A stretch of DNA of 64,000 nt, taken from the NCBI GenBank assembly GCA_038087875.1, contig JAXLNO010000213.1, positions 434,001 to 498,000 on the forward strand, in the 5' to 3' direction. Positions 26,903 to 39,772 of the stretch are shown piece by piece. Numbering within the stretch: the stretch's first letter is position 1; each line of letters begins with the position of its first letter. A program made the position numbers and the translations under genes. This DNA comes from Malacoraja senta (taxonomy: Eukaryota). Below the pieces are notes generated by a model. It saw only the letters and a program-made list of their open reading frames with translations. It ran no database searches and was not told the DNA's origin.

Positions 26903-26972
26903 CGGAAACAGCGACAGCCGCTATTACAGGGTAATATATATTTTCAATTCGATAGATCAATGGATATCCCAT
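26903..26972 (-). CDS. GPR139-like: GPCR gene C, coding exon 1 (MGYPLIYRIENIYYPVIAAVAVS)
   Basis: ATG at 26972-26970, 70 nt, and the IYYP motif shared with exon 1 of genes A/B. Ends at a weak G|GTACTT donor. Phase 1 is compatible with exon 2 (G+TG=Val). Confidence 0.82.
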
Positions 26973-27055
26973 AGCTGGAAGACACAATTAACTCCTGTGG
27001 CTCCGTCAGTCCGTCAACGCTGTAACTCTGTGGCGATGCGTTTTGGTGGACTCCG

Positions 27056-27066
27056 AGATATATAGA
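27056..27066 (-). promoter_or_regulatory. Possible TATA box (CTATATAT) about 85 nt upstream of the gene C ATG
   Basis: Motif and position only. Confidence 0.3.
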
Positions 27067-27696
27067 GGGATAGATAGATCTCCAGCGACATGACCTCATA
27101 CCTGCTGATTGTCATTAGTGACACTCACGGAACAAACACCTTGCATCACAGCCGCTGAATCCACCACGGCGGATTACAAGCAAATAATTGAAGGATTGAC
27201 TAAAAAAAACACAAAAGAGTCGCTGAGCTCTGAATAATGGCCCCGATCCGAAACGTCACCTGTACATGTTCACAAAAATCGTGGCACGATCCGTTGAGTC
27301 AATCCAGCACTTTACTTCGATGAAAATAAGAATTAATGTTTTCCAATGAAAGAATGATCCATGGCACTGTGATGTTTCATTTAATGTTGGTGTGATTTCG
27401 ATGAATTTCTCCAGGGCTCCAGACTGAATTATAAATGTATCTAAACTACCAGCACTGAATCTTCCGGTACATGCAAGCCAATCTCCCACTGCAACTTTCC
27501 ATATTTTATTGCGAAAATAAAGCATTATTTATTTCTGGCGAAGGTGCAATAGGGCCAATAGACAATACATAATATGTGCAGGAGTAGGCCATTTGACCCT
27601 TCGAGCCAGCACCGCCTTTAAATGTAATCATGGCTGATCATCCCCAATCAGTACCCCGTTCCTGCCTTCTCCCCATGTCCCCAGACTCTTCTATAT

Positions 27697-30600
27697 TTCT
27701 TTCTTTCTTTTACAATCTTTTTATTGCTTATTTTCCAAAAAAACAAACAAAAATAAAACATAAAAAACAGAGCAAAAAGAATAATGATAAACATAACAAT
27801 GGGTTTGATACATAGGGATCATGATTACATTAATAACAGGTATGACCTAATATGAGACCAGTGTCAACATACACAATGAATATAGATCTCCCGGTCTCTA
27901 TATAAATATAGTTACACCTTTAAAAGGAAACTTATCAATGTAAAAAAACACAAAGATAAAAAAGACAAAAGAAAAAGAAAAAAAGGAAAAAACAAAGCCC
28001 CCCTAAACTAAAGGAAAAAAAATAAAAATTGATAATAATAAAGTAAGAATAAAAATAAAATAAATAAAAAAACAAAGCAAAGCAAAACCGAATCTGAACT
28101 GAGAATTTCAACAATTTCAGTCTGTTTGTCGTCGAGTCCGTTCCACCCTATAGAGGTAAAATAGTTTTTATAACGGTTAAAGAGGGAGCAATTTGTGTTT
28201 TGTGAATGTGTTCAATAAAGTTTCCCCAAGACTTATCAAATTTAACCAAGGGTTCAATAATGTCGCTCCTGATTTTTTTCTAAATTTAAACATGATATCG
28301 TTTCAGAATACAAGTGGAGTGTGGTCGGAGGGTTGGAGTCTTTCCATTTAAATAAAATAAATCTTCTGGGGATTAATGTGGTAAAAGCAATCAACCGATG
28401 GGCGGAGCGGGACAAATGAATAGAATCTAACATTGGTAGCCCAAAAATTGCAGTAATAGGATGAGGTTGTAAATCTATACCTAAGACTGCAGAAATAGTA
28501 TCAACAATGTATTTCCAATATTTTTCCAAAAGAGGGCAGGACCAAAACATATGGGTCAGTGTCGCCACTTCAAAATTACATCTGTCACAGGTAGGATTTA
28601 GATGACCATAAAAACGAGCTAACTTATCTTTGGACATTTGAGCCCTGTGAACCACCTTGAATTGTATCAAAGCCTGCCTTGCACACATTTAAGAGGTATT
28701 AACTAATTGAAGAATCCTCTACCATTTCTCTGTAGATAAAAAAAATTGGAGTTCACTTTCCCAGTCATTCTTAATTTTATCAAATGTATCTATTTGTAAT
28801 TTCAAAATCAACTCATAAATAGTCGTTAATTATCCTTTCTGATAAGGGTTCAACTGTAAAAAAAATCCAAAATTTCGGATTGATGTGGTAACGGAAAAAG
28901 CGGTAGAGTAGCCTTCAAAAAATGTCTAATTTGTAAATATCTAAAAAAAATGTGAATTAGCTAAGTTAAATTTCATTGGAGAGTTGTTCGAAAGACATAA
29001 AACAACCCTCCAGAAACAAATCACGAAAAGCTACTAAACCCTTCCTCTCCCATAAGAAAAAGACTTGATCAGTATTAGACGGTTGGAAGAGAAAATTGGA
29101 TAAAATAGGACTCGATAAGATAAAATCAGTTAGTCCAAAAAATTTACGAAATTGAAACCATATTCGGACCGTATGTCTTATTATTGGGTTAGTCGTATAT
29201 TTGTTCAATCTCGTAATTGTAAAAAGTAACGATGCCGCTAGAATAGAAGCCAATGATAACCCTTGTAAGGAATCACGTTCTGGGTTCATCCATCCTTGGG
29301 CATTGGGTATCTTCTAAATCTTTTGTCCAAAATGTTAAATAACGAACATTGACTGCCCAATAGTAGAGTCTAAGGTTCGGCAATGCCAAACCACCATTTT
29401 TGTTTCTGTAAATTATTTTTACCTAATCTGGGATTTTTATTCTGCCATATATATGAACAAATTGTGGAATCTATGATATCGAAGAAAGATTTGGCAATAA
29501 AAATTGGTATCGTCTGAAATAAATACAGAAATATAGGTAAAATGAACATTTTAATAGCATTTAGTCGGCCAATTAAGGATAAGGACGTTGGTGACCATTT
29601 AACAAACTGATGTTTAATATGGTAAATTAAATGCATAAAATTAGCTTTAAATAAATCCTTGTGTTTCTTGGTGATCTTAATACGTAAATAAGTAAAACTT
29701 TCGGTAGTCAATCTAAATGGAAACTGTCCATAACACGAAACAACATTATTTAATGGAAAAAGCTCACTCTTACTAAGATTTAGTTTATAACCAGAAAAAA
29801 CGACTAAATTGGTTAAGTAATGCTACTATTGTGGAATAGATTTCTCATGGTTAGAAATAAATAATAACAGATCATCTGCATAAAGAGATAGCTTATGTGT
29901 CTTATTCCCGCGGACAATACCAAAAATATTAGGGGATTCCATAATAGCGGTGGCTAAAGGTTCCAAATCAATATCAAATAGTAAAGGGCTTAAGGGACAG
30001 CCCTGCCTAGTACATCGAAAGAGCCTGAAAAAAGGGGTTCTCTGATTATTAGTAAATACAGAAGCCTGAGGTATAAGATACATCAGTTTGATCCAAGAGA
30101 TAAATTTTGGACCAATCTTAAATTTTTCAAGTGAGTTGAATAAGTATTCCCATTCTACTCTATCTAACGCCTTCTCGGCCTCAAGTGAGATGACACATTC
30201 TGGGGTTTTATTAGACGCTGTATATACAATATTCATTAATCTCCTAACGTTGAAGTATGAGTAACGATTTTTAATAAAACCATCTCTGATCTTCAGAGAT
30301 AATTTGCGGTAAAATCATTACCAATCTCATAGCTAATATTTTGGAAAGAATTTTGAAATCTACATTTAACATTGATATAGGTCTATATGATGTCACTTCA
30401 GTAGGGTCTTTATCTTTTTTAAGAATTAAAGAAATAGAAGCTTCATAAAAAGATTGTGGTAATCTATTCCTTAAAAAGGCTTCTTTAAATACCTTGCATA
30501 GCCATGGAGACAATAAATTTGAAAATACTTTAAAAATTCTACTGTAAACCCATCTAAACCGGGATCTTTACCAGAATTCATTGAAAAAATTGCTTTCTGT

Positions 30601-31437
30601 ATTTCTTCTTCCGTGATGGGTTCATCTAACAACAGAGAATCATTATATGGTAAATTTGGTAAGTGCAGTTTCCTTAAAAACTCATGCATTATATGGGAAT
30701 CAGTAGGATAATCTGATTGGTATAGGGAGGTATAAAATTCCTGAAAGGTTTGATTAATTTCGTCATCGTCTACAGTTACTGTACCATCCCGCTTACTCAC
30801 TTTAGTAATCTGACGCTTGGCCGACACTGCTTTCAATTGATTAGCAAGTAATTTACCAGATTTTTCGCCATGTATAAAAAATTGACTTTTGGTTTAAGTA
30901 ACTGGTTCTCAATCGGTGATACTAATAACAAATCATATCTCAATTGAAGTTCAACTCTATTCTTATAGAGCTATAAACTAGGAACTTTTGAATATTTTTC
31001 ATCAATTTCTTTAATCTCGTCAGCCAATGTGCGTATTTCTTTTTGTGTTTCTTTTTTTAATCCCGCAGAGTATGAAATAATTTGGCGACGAATATATGCC
31101 TTAAAAGCATCCGAGACTACACCATTGGATATCTCTTCAGTAGAGTTTGTCAAGAAGTAAAAAGCGATCTGATCTTTCATAAAATTAATAAAGTTTAAGT
31201 CTTGAAGCATTAAATTGCCATTGTTTAGCACTAAACTTGGAATCAGGTAGTTTGATCAATAGTTTCAATGGTGCATGATCAGAAATAGCAATTGCATCAT
31301 ACTCACATGCAATGACCGATGGAACTAGCCGAGAATCTAGTAAAAAATAGTCGATCCTAGAATAACTACGATATACATGAGAGAAAAATGAAAATTCTTT
31401 GTCATTTGGGTGTAATATTCTCCAAATTTCGTGGAAA
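27697..31437 (-). mobile_element. L1-clade LINE ORF2 plus 3' UTR, 5'-truncated, with many frameshifts
   Basis: YSRIDYFLL, ISDHAPL, YRPISMLNVDFKILSKILA, SLEAEKALDRVEW, RQGCPLSPLLF, LYADD, a CDRC..HMFWSC zinc knuckle, AATAAA and an A-rich tail. Confidence 0.9.
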
Positions 31438-32840
31438 CATGTTGATTTTATCTCTGGCTGTATGACAGATTTGACAGTCCGTAGTCGCCTTCCAGAGTGA
31501 TTCAAAGAGTTTGTGGCCAGTGTGAGAGGGGTTAGAGTTGATCTTACCCGCTCGTTTCCTGGCCCTTGCAGTGTACAGTTCATCAATGGAGGGAAGGTTG
31601 CAGCCAATAACCTTCTCAGCTGATCGGACGATTCGCTGCAGCCTCCAGGTGTCGTGCTTGGTGGCTGAGCCAAACCAGGCCATGATGGAGACGATGAGGA
31701 TAGACTCGACGATGGCCGTGTAGAATTGGACCATCATTGCCTTTGGCAGATTGTGCTTCCTCAGCTGCGGCAGGAAGTACATCATCTCTTGTGCCCTTTT
31801 GACTGTGGAGTCGATGGTGGCCCCCCATTTAAGGTCCTTGGAGATGATGGTTCTCAGGAACTCAACAGATGTGATTCTGGGGGCCGGAGGTTGCCGACCT
31901 CTGCTCTAACATAATCTAAAATACTCCACATATGTGACTGTGGTGTTGTTGATGGTGGTTGGTGGTGAGGGGAGGGGGAGCGCTACTGAAGTCTACAATC
32001 AATTACACTGTCTTAAGAGCATTGAGCTCCAGGTTGTTGCGTTGGCACCAGGACGCCATGTGTGTCACTTCCTGTCTGCAGGCAAACTTCCTGTTGGTTT
32101 GATTTGTATCCATGTTGAAATAGTCCCACGCTCGGGTAGATACATCAGAAATAACCTACGGAAATTAGTTTTGTCACCAGTCTTCATATAATAAATAACC
32201 AAAAGTGCGTAACAGCGGACAGCAGGACAAATGAGAAATGCCGCAGAAAGAATTCCTACAAGTTCTGTTCAAATCCTAACCGCGTTACTGCATTCCCAGT
32301 AGCACAAGTGGGTTAACAAGACTTTTCAACCAACTTTGTGCGTGGTGTATAACGGTCGTGGTTGTCAAACCGGTTGGTCTTGGTTTCAGCAGCCAGACCG
32401 GCCACTGTTCTGATGGATGTGGGCATTGGAATCTACGCTGTGGACAGACAGCTGCTTGCACGCACATACTGAGCGCTGCAGCTCACAGAACTACAGCCCG
32501 GCAACTCAATCATTAAGCTGGCATTAAGCATTATTTCTTTACCTCCGATTAGGTTGTGGGCCGAGCATCAAAAATGAGTTTAGAATCCAGTTTTCGTGAC
32601 CCAAGTCACCAAACTACATGAAATTTTCCACAGATTTAGATGAAATATAAATGAGAAGGATTTCATAACTCGTCATTGCCAAAAGCTGCACATTAATTAA
32701 TTAAACTAATTAGAAAATGATAACGGGAAAGTAAGCGCCATCTAGTGGCCAATGCCCATATTACACCATGGGCAGGCTATTTCCGTGTTGCAGTCCATTT
32801 AAACTATATATGATTATACCTATATATATATATATATATA

Positions 32841-33968
32841 CTAGACCAAGTGCAGACCCGTTGGGTCTGGACCACCGAACGTGCGTTTGCGGGGGGGTTG
32901 GGGGCTGTGGCGTCACACTAAAAATCCACTTTCCTCCAAAGCACGGAAGGGGAGAGAGGAGGAGGAGAGAGGAGAGGGCTGGAGAGAGGAAGGAGAGGAT
33001 GGGGAGAGAGGTGAAGGGGGGGGTTTGGAGCGGGCGTGCATGAGTCGAGCCGCGGGCTGTGAAGAGAGAAGGGCAGAGAGAGAGAGAGAGGGGAGAGACA
33101 GAGACTGGTACACACAAAAAAGCTGGAGAAACACAGCGGGTGCAGCAGCATCAATGGACCGAAGGTAACAGGCAACGCTTTATGCCGAAGCTCATCCTCA
33201 GACGGGTTTTCTCCCTAAACGTTGCATATTACCTTAGATCCATAGATGCTTCTGCACCCGCTGAGGTTATACAGCTTTTTTGTGTGTACCTTAGATTTTC
33301 CATCATCTGCAGTTCCGTCTTAAAGACAGAGAGACTGTTGGCGGGCTGTTTTCCCAACGCGCGTTTGCGGCATCACACTCACACTAACCACCCCCCAAAC
33401 ACAGGCGGGGGGAGGGGGAGAGGAAGACGGGGTGGGGAGAGAAGAGGGGAGAACGAGAAGGGGTGTGGAGAGAAGAGGAGAGGGGGAGGGAGGGGAGAGG
33501 GGGAGGAGGAAAGGGGAGAGATTGGTAAGGGAGAAGAGAGCAGGGTGGGGGAGAGGGAATCCTCTTTCTCTATTCCCACACACGTGACGACGCCCTTCGA
33601 CACAGGCTGTGGGGTTGGGGGGGAGGAGCTGGGGCTGGGGTTGCTACAAAGGCATATGTAAATTGATCCATTCCGATTGGACATGTGTGAGCATTGGGCA
33701 TTGCGACATCACACAATGGAAACTTCACTAACATTCTATGGCTGAGAGTTGTTTTTTTAACATTTTGAAATTTGGGGGGGGGGGAGAAGTATTTTATTTT
33801 TTAAAGTGTACATAAACACGACGAAATTTAATCAGGAGTGGCTATTCGTAAAGATAAATGAAATCTCTTTAGAAATGTGGGCCTAGGGCGGTTTCAAAGG
33901 CGCTTGGTGGCACAAGTCAGGCGGCCGGACCGCCGGACGGATGGCAGCCACAGAGTTTTAATATATTA
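32841..33968 (-). mobile_element. Non-autonomous Helitron, unit 1 of a tandem dimer
   Basis: 3' hairpin GACCC-AAC-GGGTC about 10 nt before a terminal CTAG|T. Inserted in (TA)n with no TSD. Confidence 0.8.
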
Positions 33969-35743
33969 CTAGACCAAGTGCAGACCCGTTGGGTCTGGAC
34001 ACCGAACGTGCGTTTGGGGGGGGGGCTGTGGCGTCAGACTAACCACTCCCTTTCCTCCAAAGCACGGAATCTGGCACCCACAAACACACACACTCATCAC
34101 ACCCCTTGATATGATCTTAATTTTTTAATTTGCTTCTTTTACCCCATCTCCACCCTATCCACTGACGAATAGCCCTCACCCCTCATGTGCGTCTAGAGGG
34201 GGTGGGCAGAGAGAGAAAATTTATTGTTAGAAAAAATAATTGAAGAGGGCGAGGAGGAGGGTGGAGAGGAAGGGGGGAGAGGAAGGGGGAGAGGAAGGTG
34301 GTGAGAGAGGCGGGGGAGAGAGGAGAGGGGTGGAGAGAGGAAGGAGAGGATGGGGGAGAGAGGTGAAGGGGGGGGGTTGGAGCGGGCGTGCATGAGTCGA
34401 GCCGCGGGATGTGAAGAGATAAGGGCAGAGAGAGAGAGAGAGAGAGAGAGGGAGGGGAGAGACAGAGAGACTGGTACACAAACAAAAGCTGGAGGAACAC
34501 AGCGGGTGCGGCAGCATTTATGGAGCGAAGGAAATAGGCAATGCTTTGGGCCGAAGCCCATCCTCAGACTGGTTTTCTTCCGAAATGTTGCCTATTTCCT
34601 TCGATCCATAGATGCTACTGCACCCGCTGAGGTTATACATTTTTTTTGTGTTCCTTCGATTTTCCAGCATCTGCAGTTCCGTCTTAAAGACGGAGAGACT
34701 GTTGGCGGGCTGTTTTCTCAACGCGCGTTTGCGGGAGAGGGGGGATCTGCGGCATCACACTCACACTACCCACCCCCCAAACACAGGCGGGGGGAGGGGG
34801 AGAGGAAGACGGGGTGGGGAGAGAAGGGGGGGCGGGAGACGGGGTGGGGAGAGAAGAGGAGAGGGGGAGGGAGGAGAGAGGGGGAGGTGGAAAGGGGATA
34901 GATTGGTGAGGGAGAAGAGAGCAGGGTGGGGGAGAGGGAGGGGGAGGAGAGTGGGGAGTGGGAGGAGAGCGGGGAGGGCAGGAAGGGGGGAGAGGGGGAA
35001 GGGATGTTAGAGGTGGAGAGAGAGGGATGAGGGGAAGGGGAGAGGAGCAGGGGGAAGAGAGGGAGAGAGGAGGGGTGGGAGTGAGGTGGGGGAGGGAGAG
35101 GGGAAGAGTGGTGAGTGAGGGGGCAGAGGGGGTAGCGGGGATCGGTGCAAGAGAGAGGAGAAGGGGGTGGGGAGATGGGGGTGAAGAGGGGTGGTGGAGG
35201 GGGAAGAGAGGGGGTGGAGGGGGAGAGGAGAGAGGGTGAAGAGTGAGGAGGGACAGTGGAAGTAGGAGGGGTAGGGACAGCCCATCTGTTCCCCATTCCC
35301 TATCACCCCCAATCCTCTTTCTCTATTCCCACACACGTGACGACGCCCTTCGACACAGGCTGTGGGGTTGGGGGGCGGGGCTGGGGCTGGGGCTGCTGCA
35401 AAGGCATATGTAAATGGATCCATTCCGATTGGACAGGGTGCGTGTGAGGATCGGGCATTGTGACATCACACAATGGAAACTTCACTAACATTCTATGGCT
35501 GAGAGCTGTTTTTTTTTAAACATTTTGAAATGTTGTGGGGGGGGGAGAAGTATTTCATTTTAAAAAGTGTACATAAACACGACCAAATTTAATCAGGAGT
35601 GTCTATTCGTAAAGATAAATGTAATCTGTCGGCGTTAAAAATATCGGCGTTTCCGCGTGCTGTGTGGGCCGAGGGCGGTATCCAAGGGGATTTGTGACAC
35701 AAGTCAGGCGCATGGCAGCCACAGAGTTTTAATATAATATAGA
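33969..35743 (-). mobile_element. Non-autonomous Helitron, unit 2 of the tandem dimer
   Basis: 5' A|TCTATATTATATTAAAACTCTG and the same 3' hairpin plus CTAG. Contains a long G/A-rich tract at 34790-35280. Confidence 0.82.
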
Positions 35744-35796
35744 TATATATATATAATGAGTGAATGAATGAGTGAATGAACTAGTGAGTGAGTGAA

Positions 35797-36545
35797 TTGT
35801 TGTTGTTGTATTCAATTTATTGTCATGATCTCATTTTAGAGACAACGAAATGTATTTTCCTTACAGTCAAGTAACATAAAAATAAATAATAAATAAATAA
35901 ACTTGTTTTTTAAAGCACCAACACAGAAATCCACACACAGCATAATCCCACAGTGGCACCAAAGTTAAGGAAGGTACCATAGTCCAGCCACCTCCCCGCC
36001 GATCTTCCCAGATGTTCACCCGTAGTCGGGGCCTCCCGAGCACCCGCAGTCGACGCCACGGGCGGCCCGATGCCCAGGCCCTCTCGCCGGGAACGGTGTA
36101 ACCCCGACGGAGAACATCCTCAGCGGCGACCTCCAGATCAGCCACCTCCCACCGGAGTCCGCAGGCCGAGCCGGGTGGAGTCGCAGGACACCGCGGTGTA
36201 GGTCAGCGCCACCCGCGTTGGGAGCTCCGCGAATCACAGCTCCGCGCTGTCGGTGCAGCAGGCCCAGCACTCCGGAGCTCCAAACGGCGATCCCCGGTAA
36301 GGCATCGCCCGCCCCGCGATGTTTCCAACGTTGCACCGCTGCTGCCGGAGCGGGGGTGGGGGGCGAGGACGCGACTCGAATAATAGTCGCATCGTCTCAA
36401 GGAAGCGACTGAAGGACGGTATCCCCCTTACTGTACCCTCTTCCCCCACATAAAAACCATTTAAAAAACCCACAAAAAAACGCTCTTCAAACATACCAAA
36501 AACATAACAAAAATACAAAAAGATACCGGACTGAAGGAGGAGGCA
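35797..36545 (-). mobile_element. GC-rich SINE-like or non-autonomous retroposon inserted in a (TGAA)n tract
   Basis: GC-rich body, 3' end ...gacAATAAAttgaatacaacaacaac, and TGAA/GTGA repeats on both sides. Confidence 0.55.
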
Positions 36546-38381
36546 GCCACCGAATCACCGAGTGAATGTATGAATGAATGAATGTGGATGAATGAGTGAA
36601 TGTACAGCCTCCAAATCTCATTTTTTTCACATTATAAAGGTGCAATTAAATTAATTAAAGTGCATACAGATTAATTTTCATAAATTCAGACTTTAGATCT
36701 TACCTTTTCAGTTCCATTTGATTCACAAAGTTTGACAGCAGCACCTCAGGCAGGGACATTGCTTTCAAGACTTTCTTCCACTTAGCTGCACATTCTTCAG
36801 ACTTCTTCATGCTTTTCTCACTAAATACAATTACCTTGCTGCTAGTTTCCGCGACATGTATTCCACAGAACTAGAACAAATCTCCATCGGAATCTCCAGT
36901 AAAACAGGCATCAGTGAAGCCCTCTCAGTGCCCCCTGCCTAGCTAGCCTGAAACAAAGCGCGTGATTGGCCAACTGGCATACAACTCAATGTTAAACGTG
37001 CTTTGATTGGACTAAAAATACCCGAAAATCTTCCGTTTTTTCTCTAATTTAATGAAAATGTGCAAGTCTTGTTCATGACGAGATTCAGGGGTGATTTATA
37101 TGATTTTTTTACACAATATGTGAAAATTACATGTAGTTTGGTGACTTGGATCACGAAACACTGGAATAAAGCTCCTCGGCCCACAGCCTAGATCTAAATG
37201 GCTTGCCGCTTATTCTTAAACTGTGGCCCCTGGTTATATCTATACACACATACATAACCAGATAAAGTTCAATGGACTATTAATGTTCATAGTTTTGTTT
37301 GAGCTGAGTTTAATAGCTTGATGGCTGCGGGGAAATAGTTATTCCTGAACCTGGCCGTTGCAGTCTTCATGCTCCTGTACCTTCTACCTGAAGGTAGCGG
37401 GGAGATGAGTGTGTCGCCAGGATGGTGTGGGTCCTTGATGATGCTGCCAGTCTTTTTGAGGCAGCGACTGCGATAGATCCACTCGATTGGAGCGATGTCA
37501 CAGCCGATGATGGACTGGGCAGTGTTTACTACATTTTGCAGTCTTTTCCGCTCCTGGGCGCACAGGTTGCCGAACCAAGCCATGATACAACCGGTCAGCA
37601 TGCTCTCTACCGTGCACCCGTAGAAGTTCTTTCAGCATGTAGCATTCTTTCTTACCTGTAGCTTTTATATCAAGAGGACTTGTATACAAAAACAGGGATG
37701 TAATGTTGAGGCTCTGTAAGTCGCTGGTAAGGCCGCATGTGGAATACTAGACAAAGGAAACACATAACAAACAGTGAAAACGGTATCTATGGTATGGGCT
37801 TAGGCTGTGAGGACCGACAGAGCTCACTGACTCTAGCGTTTGCCCGCTGTGTCCGCGCCGCAATCATACACCAATGTACCGTCCGCCTACATATTTTAAT
37901 CCACACACGTCCTGGATCGAGCGTGTGGACACACACAGACTGTTTATACTTCCCAGAACATTCAACGGGTTCTCATATTCACTGCACATTCTCTATCCCT
38001 CTATCAACAGTGCATTCATGAGGCAGCTAGACCAGTGATGAAACACGGTATTCGCAATCTGGCCTCACTGGAGTCATCTAACTTTTGATGGTGAAGAAAT
38101 GTGGAGCGGACACAGACCACTCTGCTAATATTTCTTCTTTTTTAAAATAATTATTTAAACTATATTTAAACTATTTATTCAATTTTAAAGTGTAATATTC
38201 TCGCAGTGCGATGTTCTACCTCGGTGTGGCAATATAATGTATCTTCTATTTTAAACAGTTAAATAACGTATTGAATGTTTTGGATGTGTTTTAGTCTTGT
38301 TTTAACTTGTTTTGGTTGCACTGATCAGGAGTAGCTCTCCGAATGTCGTTGTATTTCTAAGTACAATTACAATAAAGGCTT

Positions 38382-38426
<45 letters not shown>

Positions 38427-38449
38427 ATTATTATAATTATTATTAAGAG

Positions 38450-38945
38450 CCCTTTAAGAGCCCTATCAAGCTCTCTCTTGGAAATATCCAGAGAACAGTC
38501 CTCCACCGCCCTCTGAGGCAGAAAATTCCACAGACACACAACTCTCTGGGTGAAAATGTATTTCATCTTCTCCGTTCTAAATGCCTTACCCCTTATTCTT
38601 AAACTGTGTGTGGCCCCTGGTGCTGGACTCCCCGACATCGGGAACTTGTTTACTGCCTCCAGCGTGTCCAAACCCTTAATAATCTTATGTTGCAAAGACA
38701 ACGCCTCTCATCCTTCTAAATTCCAGAGTACAAATGCCCAGCGCTCCATTCTCGCAGCATATGACAGTCCCGCCATCGCGGGTATTAACCTCGTGAACCT
38801 ACAATGCACTCCCTCAATAGCAAGAATATCCTTCCTCAAATTTGGGGACCAAAACTGCACACAATATTCCAGGTGTGGGCTCACTATGGCCCTATACAAG
38901 TACAGAAGGACCTCTTTGCTCCTATACTAAACTCTCTTGTTATGA
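38450..38945 (-). mobile_element. CR1-type LINE fragment
   Basis: LYRAIVSPHLEYCVQFWSPNLRKDILAIEGV. Confidence 0.82.
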
Positions 38946-39697
38946 AGAGATGTTATGATTCGTATGTGGTGAAAGTGGAAAGCGAGTTTGGAATTACAGT
39001 TGAGTTTTAAGTACTATCGCTTTCTTCTTCGATAGAGTGTGTTGTGGAGGTCCACGCTTGTGTAAACACTCCGTTTAATAATTATACGATGCAGCCCCGT
39101 CGCTCACGAACTTCAACCACCAAATCCTTTGTACACCAACCCCACGATGGCAGAGTAATTAGTTGGCCCAGATCACGTCGTCCCGCCTCGTGACCACGTG
39201 GTTGGTCTGCCAGATCACGCCCGGTCCACGCAAGAGCTCGAGCCCGAACCACGACGGTTCGATATCAAAATGGCTCAGCCCACCACATGACGCCCTCCCC
39301 ACCTCCAGAACCGGAGGAATGGAGGCGGTTAGGCTCACGAGTGAGGAGACCAGATCTCGTGTACCCGTCTCTTGTCTTCAGGGTCGCTGCTGGCAGAGTT
39401 GAGGGCGGGTGGTCGTGACGGTGAACTCCCTCTCGGGCCTCTACAGATTTTGGTGTTTTTGAGTAGAGCTACCACTCGTGGAAAAATGTTGATTTTATGT
39501 CTGGATGTAGCAGCTTTGACAGTGTGTGGTCGCCTTCCAGAGGGAAGTGATTCAAAGAGTTTGTGGCCAGGGTGAGAGGGGTCAGAGACAGGGCCGGATT
39601 TACGTATAAGCTTGACAAACTTAAGCTTAGGGCCTCGAAATATAGGCGGCCTCTGGCCAAGGCAGGACACCTGCCGTTCAACTCTGAGCGGCCCCCA

Positions 39698-39721
39698 TCT
39701 CTCCCTCTCTCTCTCTCTCTC

Positions 39722-39768
<47 letters not shown>
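39698..39768 (+). repeat. (CT)n microsatellite
   Basis: Seen directly. Confidence 0.95.

Positions 39769-39772
<4 letters not shown>

Larger units (their letters stand above)
32550..37190. mobile_element. Non-autonomous TIR DNA transposon, Academ-like (TAG...CTA termini, 3-bp TSD GAT), hosting nested elements
   Basis: Imperfect ~80-bp TIRs TAGGTTGTGGGCCGAG / CTCGGCCCACAGCCTA, with GAT at 32547-32549 and 37191-37193. Joining the flanks restores a contiguous CR1 fragment. Confidence 0.75.
31440..38440 (-). repeat. Right arm of the inverted duplication, interrupted by a TIR element at 32550-37190
   Basis: Reverse-complement matches to non-TE-looking sequence at 15800-16370 and 19353-19800. Confidence 0.85.

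Noticed and set aside
31185..31785. Chimeric Rex1/L1 endonuclease ORFs
   Set aside because: Accidental read-through across a rearrangement junction at ~31437.
34350..35423. Gly/Arg/Glu- and Pro/Ser-rich ORFs
   Set aside because: Low-complexity purine tract inside the Helitron unit.
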